64,000 nt of DNA from Octopus bimaculoides (lineage: Eukaryota): assembly GCF_001194135.2 (NCBI RefSeq), contig NC_068982.1:119225753-119289752 (forward strand), given 5' to 3'. Position numbers and translations under genes: made by a program. The notes beneath the pieces are model-generated. The model searched no databases. It was not told the origin of the DNA and saw nothing but the letters and a program-made list of their open reading frames with translations. Shown in pieces: positions 27,886-41,710 of the stretch (the stretch's first letter is position 1; every line of letters starts with the position of its first letter).

Positions 27886-29063
27886 ACGATGTACATTGAA
27901 TGTGAAGGTAAAAAAAGGAAACCTGCAAGGTATAAACACATATATACGTACATACATGCATGCATACAAATATTCACACGCAAATACATACGCACACACA
28001 CATGCATGCGCACACAAACATACACGCACACACATATATATATACACGACGACTTTCCTCTGTTTTACTTTCCAAATCCAATGACAAGACATCGTTAGTG
28101 AATTCTTAATATACACTTTGTATCTTGTAAAAGTTAAACGAAAAGCACCCGCGCAGAGTTACTGAGCCCCAGACATTTCATTGAGGATTGAAGTTGGATT
28201 TTTAGAAATGATAGCCGAATCTACTTCAAACCGCATCCTAGACAGATTGGAGGAAGACAAGACATGTCTGAAAAGCTGAGATGGGTTGGCCACGTTTGGA
28301 ACTTTTGTAGGCATACATTTGTTAAGTCGAATTTCAGCTCCTTTAAAAGGCGATGAAGTGTATATTATATAAAATATTCATCAATTTATACTTTTTAGTT
28401 ATTCTCTCAAATTTTATAAATACGTCTACTGCAATAAACCTGTATGGTAATCTTTACATAGTCACATGACTTGCGATAAACATCAGACAGATTTCTGCAA
28501 ATTTTGCTCTGAAGTCTGGAGAAAGACGGAGAACAAAGCCTCGTTGCGGTAAACTTTGGTGAATGCTAAAACGTCTCCTATGCAGATAGACGTACTATAA
28601 TGCTCGTGATAATATAATCCCAGCGATTAGATCTCTATTTATCAGTCTGACATATTGATCTATATTTTAAGATTTACTACCAACAAAACTGGAAAATGCG
28701 ACTACTTTACTGATCAATGAGGATGTTCAACATCTTTACATCTGAACGATATATCGATTGATGACTTTAATACGATTGGTATTCCATGACAACTGTTGTC
28801 GTCCTGTACTCCTCTTTCAATATTGCTAGACTGACTCATTAGAACTGAACCTTATTGTTTCTATTGAAATTGCTAACAAAATAGTCAATTCATTTACAAA
28901 GTAAACACCCATTTTCTTGCAACAGCCCCTAGCATCATCATAGTCACTAGATTGTTGTCTATATAAAAGACGACATTCATCCTGAATTAAGTAAGTGTTT
29001 GTTGATTCAATATAGGATCCCAAAGTTCAGGATATTCCTTCGGAAGTTTTAGATACTTGATGA

Positions 29064-29116
<53 letters not shown>

Positions 29117-30269
29117 TTACAAATCTCACTACCAGTGGCCTAGGATGTATAAAAGTCAATCATATTGAATGATATGTCGTTTATATATATATATATACAT
29201 TTAAAATGGTAAGAAACATTGCACAATTAATGAAGTACCTTAGGATCATTTTAATGTTCAACATTAATTGGTTACGTTCAAACCATCACATATGACTAAT
29301 ATAATACCGTCATTTAGGAGTTTTGGTAGATAGCAGGAAGATGTGAAAGAACAGGTATTCTGGTTAGTTCTACTCGGGATATGACCATTTGATTCGGTTG
29401 CTTTTATTAACATAAAATAAGTTATAATCATTTATTGATCATCTGAATTTTAGGCATTCCCAAATTTCAATATTTTTTTACATAAATGACTCGTGTAAAT
29501 TTTTGTAAGTAATAAACGAAGCTGGTGTCTCTTATTTATCGTTAAACAGTCGATAACATAAATAAGATATTCCATGTTCAATATATAAGCACTGGGCCTT
29601 TCATTTGTGTTACACAACACTGATATCATAAAAGGTACTCTCTTTGAGAGAAAGTCAGTTTCTTTAATGAATCTGCGAAACCGCAAATTAGATTAGATAT
29701 ATTCTGTTTGAAGGATTTGCAAAGATTGGTATCGAAATGGTAATGAGTCAGAAGTTGCAGTCCATAATGAGAACACACATACCGTCACATCGAAAACTAA
29801 AATAAATCTAATTGCTTATTTGCACTGAATGTCCCAAATATACATGAGGAGAGTCTTAATTTCACGACACTCGTGGTTTTCTTTTCCATAAGCATACGTA
29901 AGTCATAATACATTTTATGAGAAGCAATATAGTGATACAAGATATATTTTAAACTTAAGAAGGAAGCAAAGAGGCATAGCTGAGATATATGTAAACGATT
30001 CTTAAAATGTGCTAGTATAAAGTAATATAATAATATACTTATTATCAATTCTTCCAGCTAGAAATATCACCCAGATTTCTCAAATCGTGAGCTACAATTT
30101 TTTTAAGGCAACAGCAGAGTATGACATAGTGCTAGTAATTCATTGAATTTTCTTGGAATTTAAACAACTGAAACTTAATAACTTTGCGTCGTTCCGATTT
30201 ACAGCTGTACATGTATGAAGATACAAGGTTTAGCAACACACAGGGATAAACGAATGCATATGCGCGTAT

Positions 30270-30322
<53 letters not shown>

Positions 30323-32543
30323 NNNNNNNNNNNNNNNNNNNNNNNNNNNNNNNNNNNNNNNNNNNNNNNNNNNNNNNNNNNNNNNNNNNNNNNNNNNNNN
30401 NNNNNNNNNNNNNNNNNNNNNNNNNNNNNNNNNNNNNNNNNNNNNNNNNNNNNNNNNNNNNNNNNNNNNNNNNNNNNNNNNNNNNNNNNNNNNNNNNNNN
30501 NNNNNNNNNNNNNNNNNNNNNNNNNNNNNNNNNNNNNNNNNNNNNNNNNNNNNNNNNNNNNNNNNNNNNNNNNNNNNNNNNNNATATATATGTATATATA
30601 TGTTTACATATACATATATAAAATAAACAAATTGTATTCCCATCTAACGGCTGTTTCTGCTTCCAATGTTTTATTGATATTCTAAAAATGATATTCATCA
30701 TATTTGGTAATACATACATAAAAGAAAAGAAAAGAAAAAAAAGAGAAGAAGATATTCAAGAAGTAAGGGAAAGGCTTAATATGCTTAAATCATACCATTT
30801 TGCTTAATGTGTCGCTTTAGGACGTTGGGTAAATGGCTAAACTTAAAATAGTAATTGGTGGGTTAATTTTTCTACCGTATAATAGGGTGGATAAGTAATA
30901 AAAAAGTAAACATTTTAAAAGTTTGCAATAACGGGATACGCCAATACGTTTAGTCAAAGAGGGAGTAAGGTTGCCATAACGTTTTGAAGTAATCATAATA
31001 GTTCTTAATAATTACGTTTATAGTACTAATTAATAGATTTTGGCGTAATAAAGTGTTCGACAATTTATTTTACTTATTTATTTACTGATATGTGGTAAAG
31101 TCCCACCACCTATTGCCCGTAATGGCATTGACCAAGTACTAGCGTTCAATATTATTGGTCAGTTAATTTAAAAAGGGCAAGCATTTAAAACCGTTATACG
31201 GGTTGGTATAAATAAATAAATATATAAACAAAATCATGGAAAAATAGTGTATGTTATAAGGGGCCCAAAACCACTTAGGATATTGTATATAAGAACAATG
31301 CCAGTGTTAACATAGGTAATTATATCGGTAGGATAACGGCTACTTTCATCTTTTAGACAGTTATTCCAACCTCTAACTCTACGAACCTATATATATATAT
31401 ATATATATATATNNNNNNNNNNNNNNNNNNNNNNNNNNNNNNNNNNNNNNNNNNNNNNNNNNNNNNNNNNNNNNNNNNNNNNNNNNNNNNNNNNNNNNNN
31501 NNNNNNNNNNNNNNNNNNNNNNNNNNNNNNNNNNNNNNNNNNNNNNNNNNNNNNNNNNNNNNNNNNNNNNNNNNNNNNNNNNNNNNNNNNNNNNNNNNNN
31601 NNNNNNNNNNNNNNNNNNNNNNNNNNNNNNNNNNNNNNNNNNNNNNNNNNNNNNNNNNNNNNNNNNNNNNNNNNNNNNNNNNNNNNNGTTCATATATATA
31701 TATGTACATACATATACATGTATAAATAATACGAAAATAGAGAAATCCTCAGTTTAACAAACTCATCGATTGGACCACATTTATAGCTTATTTTTTTTAA
31801 TACAAAGGATGACGTTACAAATAGGTGATGTAAAAAATATTACGGCCGTTTCCGCCTCTGTTGCCAAACGCTGTCTATAAATAATTGCGAAAATTAAATG
31901 TGTTCTTCTTCATAGGACATTCCAATTAAGGCACGGAGCTGCACCAAAGTAAAAAGCAAGAGCATCCAATATAAACAAATGGAAGGAGAAATAGGAAAGA
32001 AAACATGACCTAGAAAAGAAGTCAAGAAGCCCAATATACTAAAAGCATATAATCTACCATCTTCGGGCTACGAGGCCCGAAGGTAAAAGAATGAACTAGT
32101 AATGGTCTAGGGAATACTAAAATTTATTTACGGGTAGTTTCAATTTAAGCGGTGGGGAGCAATATCTTTTAAAATTTATGAAAATAAGTTATTAAAAAAT
32201 AATAATAATAATAAAACAAGGAAACTTACATGATTATCACAGGACAGTACCTAATTTAACGAAGTAAACTCAAGTAAAATATATCCCAAAAGTTACTGTA
32301 GGGTGCTTAAGAGAGTGTATTCACAGAAATATTACCGAAAATCCCACATATTGTCCACAATGTTGCAAGTCTAAATCCAGCAGTCTCTGCAATTGGTCAG
32401 TTACAATTTGAACCGAGGTCACACGTTAAGACCGTTACAATGAATATGTCAATAAGAATAAATAAGAAAAGATAAAGGGTCCGGTGAAGTAAATACATAT
32501 ATGTTATCCCTTATTCGGTTATCATTATAATCACTCTGTTTAC

Positions 32544-32596
<53 letters not shown>

Positions 32597-32619
32597 CAGC
32601 GTGTATGTATGTATATATG

Positions 32620-32663
<44 letters not shown>

Positions 32664-32944
32664 CATATATACATACATACATACACACTGATATATATAT
32701 ACATATACATGTGTATATATATATGTATGTGTGTGTGTATGTATGCTTGTGCGTATGTATACACGGTCTATGTATGTGCATTTATACTTACATACATATT
32801 AGATATGTATGAAGGTATTTTTTTTTCCATACATATTCACACCTATACTCATACTTATTCATACATATATAGTATATGTTTCTTTCTATTGTAAGCATGA
32901 GGGCTAAAGTCAATTACATCTACTTGAGCGTTCAGCTACTACTT

Positions 32945-33075
32945 ATCTTATCGACCTCAAAATGATGCAAGACAAAGAGTATATCGGACTATTTCAAACT
33001 TCGAACGTAAAGACGGGCGAAATGCCACGAAGCTCTTTCTCCAGGGTACTAACGAATCTGCCTGCTTGCCACCTC
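32945..33075 (-). mobile_element. SINE family 2, 5' part
   Basis: aacgtaaagacgggcgaaatgcc...tactaacgaatctgcctgcttgccacct matches 12800-12860 and 59950-60020. Confidence 0.6.
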
Positions 33076-33151
33076 TTGTATGAATATATTGGCAATCATA
33101 TATATAGTTTATTCTGAGCCCCTGTATATACACCATACTATATACACACAG

Positions 33152-33183
<32 letters not shown>

Positions 33184-33251
33184 CTGTGTGTGTGTGTGTG
33201 TGTTTGAGTTCGTGTTTGTGTTTGAGTGCGCGCGCGTGTGTGTGTTTGTGT

Positions 33252-33291
<40 letters not shown>

Positions 33292-34183
33292 ACGCCCGCG
33301 CGCATTTGGACGTGTCCATCTCTGCTTCTTTGTAAGTTCGGGTCCATTTATGTACCTAAGTTAAAACCGGTTTGAAATCGTGAAATCACTGTTGCGTAAA
33401 ATAGCGTAACTTAGCGATCTTACAATTATGAGTTGATAAATTATGCATCAGATTGGAACGAGTTGTAGAATCGTTGTGATCGACTTGAACCATGAAAGTT
33501 GTAACCCAGCGTGACTACAGCCTAGTGAGTGAGACCAGTAAAAACAGTTTTAAATTAGTGAGTTGTCTCTCATTTACCTCTAACCTCCTTTTTAGATCTA
33601 TGTTTCTTTCTCTATGAGATTCTTACTATAGTCTATATTCACATATCCTGCAGTGTCTGCCTCTACATCATTTACTCCTTATTTTATCTTCTGCACAGCA
33701 CAGTCACTTCCGACTCTCCTCAATATCCGAACAACAGTAAAACGTTTAATCAATATTGTACAACTATCGATTAATCAAGAAACGACAATTACAATATCCT
33801 GTTTTTCTGCTTTAATTAGTTTGTACGGTCTGATATTTTCCGATGTTACATATTTCGAAAGCTTTCGTAGAATTGTGTGTCAGAGCTTCTCTGTTGTATT
33901 AGATTAAAAAAAGTAACCATAAAATAAAATAAAATTTGCGCTTATCTTCTTTTCTGTAAAACAATCATTTTATCTTTTTTATATCTTTCTGTGTCTCACT
34001 TTCATTCTTTTGTTACACACATACACACAAAGACACACACACAACTCACATACAAACACACACAGACAAGCTCACTTTCCCAAAATTTCATTCATTTCTA
34101 TCTATTTTACCAATGCTCTCCTCTTAATATCCGGTACAGTGGGGTTCCTTCTGTGTGGCCATTAATACATTTCATACGTTTGT

Positions 34184-34216
<33 letters not shown>

Positions 34217-35143
34217 NNNNNNNNNNNNNNNNNNNNNNNNNNNNNNNNNNNNNNNNNNNNNNNNNNNNNNNNNNNNNNNNNNNNNNNNNNNNNNNNNNNN
34301 NNNNNNNNNNNNNNNNNNNNNNNNNNNNNNNNNNNNNNNNNNNNNNNNNNNNNNNNNNNNNNNNNNNNNNNNNNNNNNNNNNNNNNNNNNNNNNNNNNNN
34401 NNNNNNNNNNNNNNNNNNNNNNNNNNNNNNNNNNNNNNNNNNNNNNNNNNNNNNNNNNNNNNNNNNNNNNNNNNNNNNNNNNNNNNNNNNNNNNNNTATA
34501 TATATATATATATATCAATACGTGTATGTGTGTGTGCCCACTGCAAACATTGTGCTGTCCTCTACAATTATTTTTATTGATAGTTCTTCTGATATTATGA
34601 GAGCTCGTCAGGTCAATGACTGTGACAACCCATACGTTATGAAACGATAGTCGACATTCTCTACACTGGATCATTGGTGTTTTTTTTCACCAGTGGTAGC
34701 AAACTCCGTCTTTCCTACCTGCTTCTTTTTTATTGTGTGTGTGAGCATATTCGTGCTCCTTTTCTCTCCTCTTCTATTTAAAACTGCCGATGTCGACTTT
34801 TAATCTTGTCTTTCTAGTCTCGAAGTAATAAAGTACCAGTCATGTGCTGAGTCAATTTTATCGGTGACTGCCCGTCTGTACATTTACGTGGAGGAGAGCG
34901 TGTTGAAGTTGGAGTAGAAGCCAAATCGCCGCCTATCTCAGAACTCCGGTGTGAGATATTATGTGTGACAAATGGCTCATCTGCCTCAATATTATCGATC
35001 CGTAATAATCTATATTACTGACAAACACATTACGCACAAAATCAAATACACAACATACAGAAAAACAACTGCACAGAATCGTATTACCACTCACACTATC
35101 TTCCTTCTTGATAAATTGATGGTATATAAACGAATAGATAGAT

Positions 35144-35173
35144 AGAGAGAGAGAGAAAAAGAGAGAGAGAGAA

Positions 35174-35228
<55 letters not shown>

Positions 35229-35394
35229 AGGAGAGAGAGAGAGAGAGAAGGAGAGAGAGAGAGAGAGAGAGAGATAGGTAGGTAGGTAGGTAGGTAGGTA
35301 GGTGGGTAGGTAGGTAGGTAGGTAGAAAGGTATATATGTAGATAGATAGATAGACAAATAAATAGATTGACAGACAGAGAACAGACCGATAGAG

Positions 35395-35432
<38 letters not shown>

Positions 35433-35594
35433 ATGAATAACTAGAGACGCATAGGTAATGAGACAAGCAGACAGGGAAGCAGAGAGATAAACGGGCAGGC
35501 AATCAGACAGACAGACCGATATATAGACTGAATGAATGATTGATTGATTGATTGATTGATTAATTGATTGATCGATTGATTAATTGATTGATTG
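35144..35594. repeat. Compound (GA)n/(GGTA)n/(GATA)n/(GATT)n microsatellite block
   Basis: Direct reading; source of the ORFs at 34933-35502 and 35091-35357. Confidence 0.9.
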
Positions 35595-35817
35595 ATTCTT
35601 TAATAATTTTGCATATTTGGATATTTGCAAAGGATGATCATGGATTTCAAAATAATTCGTCGATCGTATTTTGCTCAGTATTCATTTGTCTTCATGATCG
35701 GGAGAATATTTCAACGGCTACTATTTGTAAAACACCTATTTTAGGGGATAAATAAGTAGCTTCGGCTAGAAATTCGGACACACACAGATACGCACACACA
35801 CACACACACACACACAT

Positions 35818-35850
<33 letters not shown>

Positions 35851-35893
35851 CAAACACACTCACACACTCACACACACACACACTCACACACGT

Positions 35894-35926
<33 letters not shown>

Positions 35927-36524
35927 AGGACACATACATATATTTATATATATTATATACATATATATGCTCATATATATTAGATATATATGTATACACA
36001 CTCACACTCTCTCTCACGCACACAGACGTGCGCACGTGCACACACAAACACTCACTTTAATATAAAGAATTAAGGTATGTCAACTATCATACATGACAAA
36101 TTATTGATCTACTGAAATCACCTCCCTTTCCAAAGGAGAGTAAACAAATACATTGTAGCAGTTGTACTCCAATACAGGCTGACGCGATACTTAAATACTG
36201 ACACAACACATATATGTTTAAGATGGTATTTTTGTCATTATTCAAATGCCATTAATTAAAATGTAGATAATTCGGTACAATTAGAAAATGCTCGACCTTT
36301 AAACCGAAAAAACGTAGTTGGAATGTGGCCTTCTTAAAGATGCTGCTTTTCCTGCGCCTCTCTCCTCCCTATCTCTCTCTCTCTCTCTAAATATACATGT
36401 ATTTAAATGTACATACGCACAAAGTGTAATAAATTAATCAAATAGGTACAATTCAAAAATATCGAAAGCCTTCCTGCGAACGACAGATCACTAGCATTTA
36501 GCACCGGAGACAAGATGCAAATGA

Positions 36525-36760
36525 TTAATATTATTTGTAAATTCGACAGTAAGACTGCGAACTTTGCGATTGCAATACACATTGGCCTTACGGTCACCAA
36601 ATATTCTCATAGGCTCACCATGCATTTACTACAAGACGCAATTTCAACTCATAACACTACAACCTATAAAAAAAACATAAACCAGAAAAATGAATATCAA
36701 CGGATTATAACATGCATCTTATATAGAATTCCTCCCAAATCTATATATATCAGATCTCCC
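36525..36760 (+). mobile_element. Possible GIY-YIG endonuclease fragment of a Penelope-like element
   Basis: INIICKFDS...IHIGLTVTKYSHRLTMHLLQDAISTH resembles PLE NVxYKFxC...YIGxTxxxLxxRLTxH...AIxxH. Confidence 0.45.
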
Positions 36761-37869
36761 TACAAATACTCTCCAAATAATATTCCTTGCGTTTCTAATT
36801 CTACAGCAACTAATTCAATAACATAATGTCCACCATTATCAATTATCTAATTCTAGTAATTTTTAAGCTTTTAAACTCCATTTGTATAAAATTTATTTGG
36901 TTAGACAGACAAGAATGCGGAGAGATTTGTCAATACGTCATGTTTTAAGAATTGGTCTTTGAATAACATTCTGTATTTGTTCAAAACGGATGGTAAGAAG
37001 AAGAATAAAGAGAATAGAAGTTTGGTGTGGAATTTTTTCCAAACGTAGTCTTTGTTGTATCTGTCAGTGCATTACCATAAGGAGACACCATCTTAGGACT
37101 CATATGCTTCGAAGCAGAGCTTAAGTGTTCTGACTGCCGACAGTAATTATCCAGAAGTGAATTAAACCAACACCACCCCACCAAACGCCAACTAACTCGT
37201 TCTGTGGATGGAGATCACTTTTCAGTTATGGAACACCCAGTTATTGATCATTACACCATTACGTTGTTTAAGATTGTGAGAAATGTTCTGCTATTATTCA
37301 CCTATGATTAATCAGTCCACAAGATTTCATGAGAGTGTAGAGAATGCCTAGTATAAGTGTTATCCCTCAGATTATAAGGAAAACCTTTCCCACGTGTTTG
37401 CAGATGCGAGGTCAATGAACTTTTAATGCGCTTGCATACAACTTCCGAATTAATTTTTCTACTGTACCAGCTCTATTTCTATTGTAGTCTGACAAAAGCA
37501 AGAACTAATAAGAAAGACCTATCCGAACAGCATCTTTTGAACCGAAACCACCGTTCCTAGACTGTTTAAACAATCTCAGTTTAGTTCTTTAGTTTAAACA
37601 ATTCTCGTCCTTATTTCCACGAATGTTCCAGATTATGTATACAGCATTATTGCCTTTTATGAATTCATAAAGCATTATATGTGTTAAGTGTTCCATGGAC
37701 AAATTTAGATGCGTCAAAATAGTAACTGAAATCACTACACGACAATATAACGACATTAAATAGTACTTAACACACAGACATTAACGATTCGATGACACAT
37801 ACACAAACGCACGCGCACATATGTATGTCTATAGAGTGATAGACGTGGAAAATATATGTATACATACAT

Positions 37870-38010
37870 TTTAAGCGCTATGGGCACACAGGGGAAGACA
37901 CACTACAATATAAGACACTTGTCAAACGAACTTCGCAGTGGGATTTATACCAAGAGCAGGTAGTTGGAATGTGGCCTTTCTTAAACATGCTGCTTTACCT
38001 GCGCCTCTCC
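37870..38010 (-). mobile_element. SINE family 1 head (old)
   Basis: Reverse complement reads aggcgcagg...aatcccactgcg...ttgacaagtgtctt. Confidence 0.55.
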
Positions 38011-39042
38011 CCTCCCTATCTCTCTCTCTAAATATACAGATACATAAATGTACATATGCACGTGCACTCAGACAGATATATATATATATATATTTGAATG
38101 TATACACACACACACACGCGCGCGCACACACACAAATATGTGTGTTTATTGAGTATAAAAACTTGGGCAAGCGCTATAATAAAGTGTAATTTCCTATCAA
38201 AATTTTAACATGCTAGCGTATGCATAGCCGTTTTGTTTTCTATTCAACTTATGTCTACTGTGCAAATTTACAAGTAATAAGTATAGGTTGTGTTCTAATT
38301 TTTCTAAACGAAATTATACCCTTTACAAAACTCCCGCATTTGTTTCTTACTTCTTGACTAGAATAATTTTCATGTTTAATAATTTGTAAATCAGCCTAAA
38401 TATTGTTTGCGAGCGAAACGTATTTTTACATAATTTTCGGAAACTTACCATACGAAAAGGTGTAAATCCAATTCTCTGCCATTATCTCTTACATTTTGCT
38501 TCTTTTGTCTCCTTTATTTTATTTTTATTTTACCTATATCCACTTAACAGTGTTAACTTAGCAGTTGCCTTGGGTATGTAATCAATCTTGTATGTCGTTC
38601 TATTGAAATTGTCAGTTTTTTTCTATCTCCCCTTAATATTCCTTTAAAAAAATTCTAGTTCTTCTAAAACTTAAGCTACGGCCACACAGCGGTCTCTTTA
38701 TTAAATCGAATAACGCCTTTACTTTTAACGTTTTAGCATCTGAATGTTTGCACTCATTTTTTGTTTTCATTTTTGTTTTTGGACACTTTCGGTACAATTA
38801 GTAAATTCTCGATCCTTCCTGACAACTTTGTTAATGCTACAGACTCATATTTTTCAAAGCAAGTCATTTTTACATTTAAATATTAGTAGAATCTATTTCT
38901 ATTCAGATCATTTCAAGTGTACATAGATATACACACTGACGCACAATCAAACACATGCCCTCACGTACACAAACTCGCATGCACACGCACGCAGACGTAA
39001 ACATGTGTGTGAATATATACATGTGTGTGTACGTATATATAT

Positions 39043-39116
<74 letters not shown>

Positions 39117-39419
39117 GCATATATATGTATATATATATGTATGTATATATAAATATATATATGTATGCATATATATATGTGTGTTCGTGTGTGTGTGTGT
39201 GAGGGCGTGTGTGTGTGTGAGTGAGTGTGTGTGGGTGTATGGGGAGAATTCACAAAAAAAACAAAAAACGAAGACAGAAGGTGTAGACAACAAACAGATG
39301 TGTTAATTTAACGGTCGGGAAGTGAAAAATTCATTAACATTTCGAGCCTGTACATACATGTGTGTGTGTGTGCACGCGCACGTAGCTTCATAAATATAGA
39401 TATACACATACAATGTGTG

Positions 39420-40275
39420 ATTCTGCGAAATACACAAGGAATAAATTATTAGTTGTCTGAATGTTGACCTTCTTTTGGCAATGCGAGCGTCACTTTCATT
39501 GTCAACGTTCACAGATCAACAGAGTGTGCTGCCGAGGTACGTGAACTCATCAGCAACCTTCAGGGGTTCCCCTTCACAGTGAGAATGGAATCCGCATACG
39601 GTCTCTGCTAGGTAGGTTGGTACAGGAATTCTGTCTTCTCAGTAGTGACTATGAGGCCAAAGTTGTTGCATGCAGTGGAAAAGCATTTCGATGTTACTTT
39701 GGCGTGTAATCTACAACCCAAGGGGCGATTAGTTTAAGTTCCTTTTTAGTTTACTTTTTAACTTCTAATTACCTTTAACTTTTGGCTAAGGATTTTTTTT
39801 TACAATAAATTCCTATGTACATACTTTTGATGATGATAAAACCATGTCTATTTATGTCTTAATAATAAGAAACTAAGAATTAACAATATGATAATTCAAA
39901 TAAGCGCATAGATCACGCAAGTTGCCGCGAGTTTTGCAACGTAAATATGCTAACCTTTGAAGCTGAAGATCACACGCCAAAGTAGCACCAAACAGTTCAC
40001 CATCTGCTGCATATAACCCTACATTGTGGCGTACAGTGCATTGTCGTCTACGAACAGATAGTCGCGCGCTGAGTTCTCTTCTGCTTCGGTATTGACCTGT
40101 AGATACTGCAGATTGAAGTGTTTGCCACCAGTCTTAATTTGACCGTGATTCAAGTTTCGGTTTCTCTGCAGAAGACGTCCAAGATTATGTCTGAGAACAT
40201 CATGCTGGACAGCGTATTTGCGTGCGCTCAGCTCTGCTAGTCTCCGTTAGTGAGTGGAAATGTATTGGAAGAACC
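39420..40275 (-). mobile_element. RTE-clade LINE fragment (RT core), interrupted by a MITE
   Basis: SNTFPLTNG, ARDYLFVDDNALYA, FSTACNNFGLIVTTEKTE, FTYLGSTL, DNESDARIAK. Confidence 0.85.
39697..39982. mobile_element. 286-bp MITE with ~25-bp imperfect TIRs and TA target-site duplication
   Basis: TA|ctttggcgtgtaatctacaacc ... gctgaagatcacacgccaaag|TA; removing it rejoins the flanking RTE coding sequence. Confidence 0.8.
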
Positions 40276-40922
40276 GCCACTCACCTGTACTTGAGCGAGT
40301 ATGCTGTTGTGAACCCATATAGATGAATTTGTCCGGGGCAAAATTTATAATCATGTACACTTGTATACATATCAGTCTTTATCATGTTTATCCTTCGCAA
40401 CAGCATAAATATAGTAAACATCAGATAACTGCGTTCATGGATATAATTAATCATTTTGGAACAGTACAAGCAAAGCGTCTTCGTTCGCACACAGAATCAT
40501 GAGCTGAATACGGCACACACACAGACAGTCACACCCACTTGAGCACATCACCGCTAGCACACACACATACATCCACATCTACACCACTCCCTACAAAAAG
40601 TACAACATTTAGTCTATCTCCTAGGGCTTTGGAAATAAAATGCAGCTTCACTCTAAAAAAATGTATACTCAATATTTTTAAAAATTGTATGAAAACGATT
40701 TTGAAAATTAACATTGGCTGTAGATGAAATAATATACAGAGTAGATTAATGAGAATTTATCAGTCACGTTTCTATTTTGTAATTTTTACGTTGTCAGTTC
40801 ATATAACACTTTTGTCAAATTTCGGTTTGTTGTTAATGTAAAATGCTATAGTTTCTAAAATATATGGCTTTATGTCAATATCATATTAAAGCAATTCATC
40901 TATTCTTTTTACATTTTTTCAG

Positions 40923-41018
40923 ATACATATATTCTTTTATAATGCCGAGCTCTATCCAAATTTCTCAGACAGTATACGTGCACCTCATGGAATAGCTGCG
41001 CTTTCACTCCTGGTAAAG
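40923..41018 (+). CDS. CA10: Next exon (32 codons, phase 0/0) of the same CA-related protein
   Basis: Acceptor acattttttcAG at 40921-40922 and donor GTgagt at 41019. Translation IHIFFYNAELYPNFSDSIRAPHGIAALSLLVK matches CA10 [32 protein letters not shown] in length and motif, and continues VAE|IHI in frame. Absent from the ORF track. Confidence 0.92.
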
Positions 41019-41311
41019 GTGAGTCAATTTGCATTTGTTTTTCGTCATTCACAGAAAGGAAATATTTGGGGCGTCTTGATTGCAACGCCTTCAAGTCCTG
41101 TAAATCGCGTGCAGAGCACGTGCTGAAACCCTTAAAAGGTACGCAGGAAAAACAAGTTTGTACAATACGGCAACTTATTTACTAAAACGAAAGAGCCCAA
41201 CGAAATACCGAAGCAAGATAATGGCCTAATAATTTCGTCATATATTACTATTTACATACAGTCATATATATGCATATATATACATTATGCTCACACACAC
41301 ACACACACACA

Positions 41312-41344
<33 letters not shown>

Positions 41345-41674
41345 AAAAACACACACACATATTTATATATATCCAATATAGGTAGAATCAAGCAAACCAA
41401 GTACTTCATCCAGTGAGAGATAAATATCAATTTAATACACAACCGAAAGTGCTACTAATGGTTTCATGCTTTTATGATGCTTGCTTTGAAATACAAGGCG
41501 TATTTTATAAATGTACCTAGTTAAAGTATCATAAAAGCATAAAATTATTAGTATCTCTTCCTGTTGTGTATGAAATTTATTTTTATATCTATATATATGC
41601 ATGTATGTGTATATGTGTGCTTGTATGTGTGCGCGTATTATGTATGTATGTATGTATGAATGTATGTATGTATG

Positions 41675-41706
<32 letters not shown>

Positions 41707-41710
41707 TATA

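Larger units (their letters stand above)
1735..40922 (+). other. GT-AG phase-0 intron, ~39.2 kb, TE-filled
   Basis: Bounded by the two exons above; the spliced protein is continuous, so no coding exon is needed in between. Confidence 0.85.

Noticed and set aside
30780-32460. Faint PLE linker/GIY-YIG-like words (FK.RY)
   Set aside because: They need several frameshifts and are too degenerate to support by eye.
40270-40490. Minus-strand ORF ending in a strong CAG|GTGAGT donor
   Set aside because: The donor lies at the 5' truncation edge of an RTE fragment; there is no matching acceptor or protein similarity.
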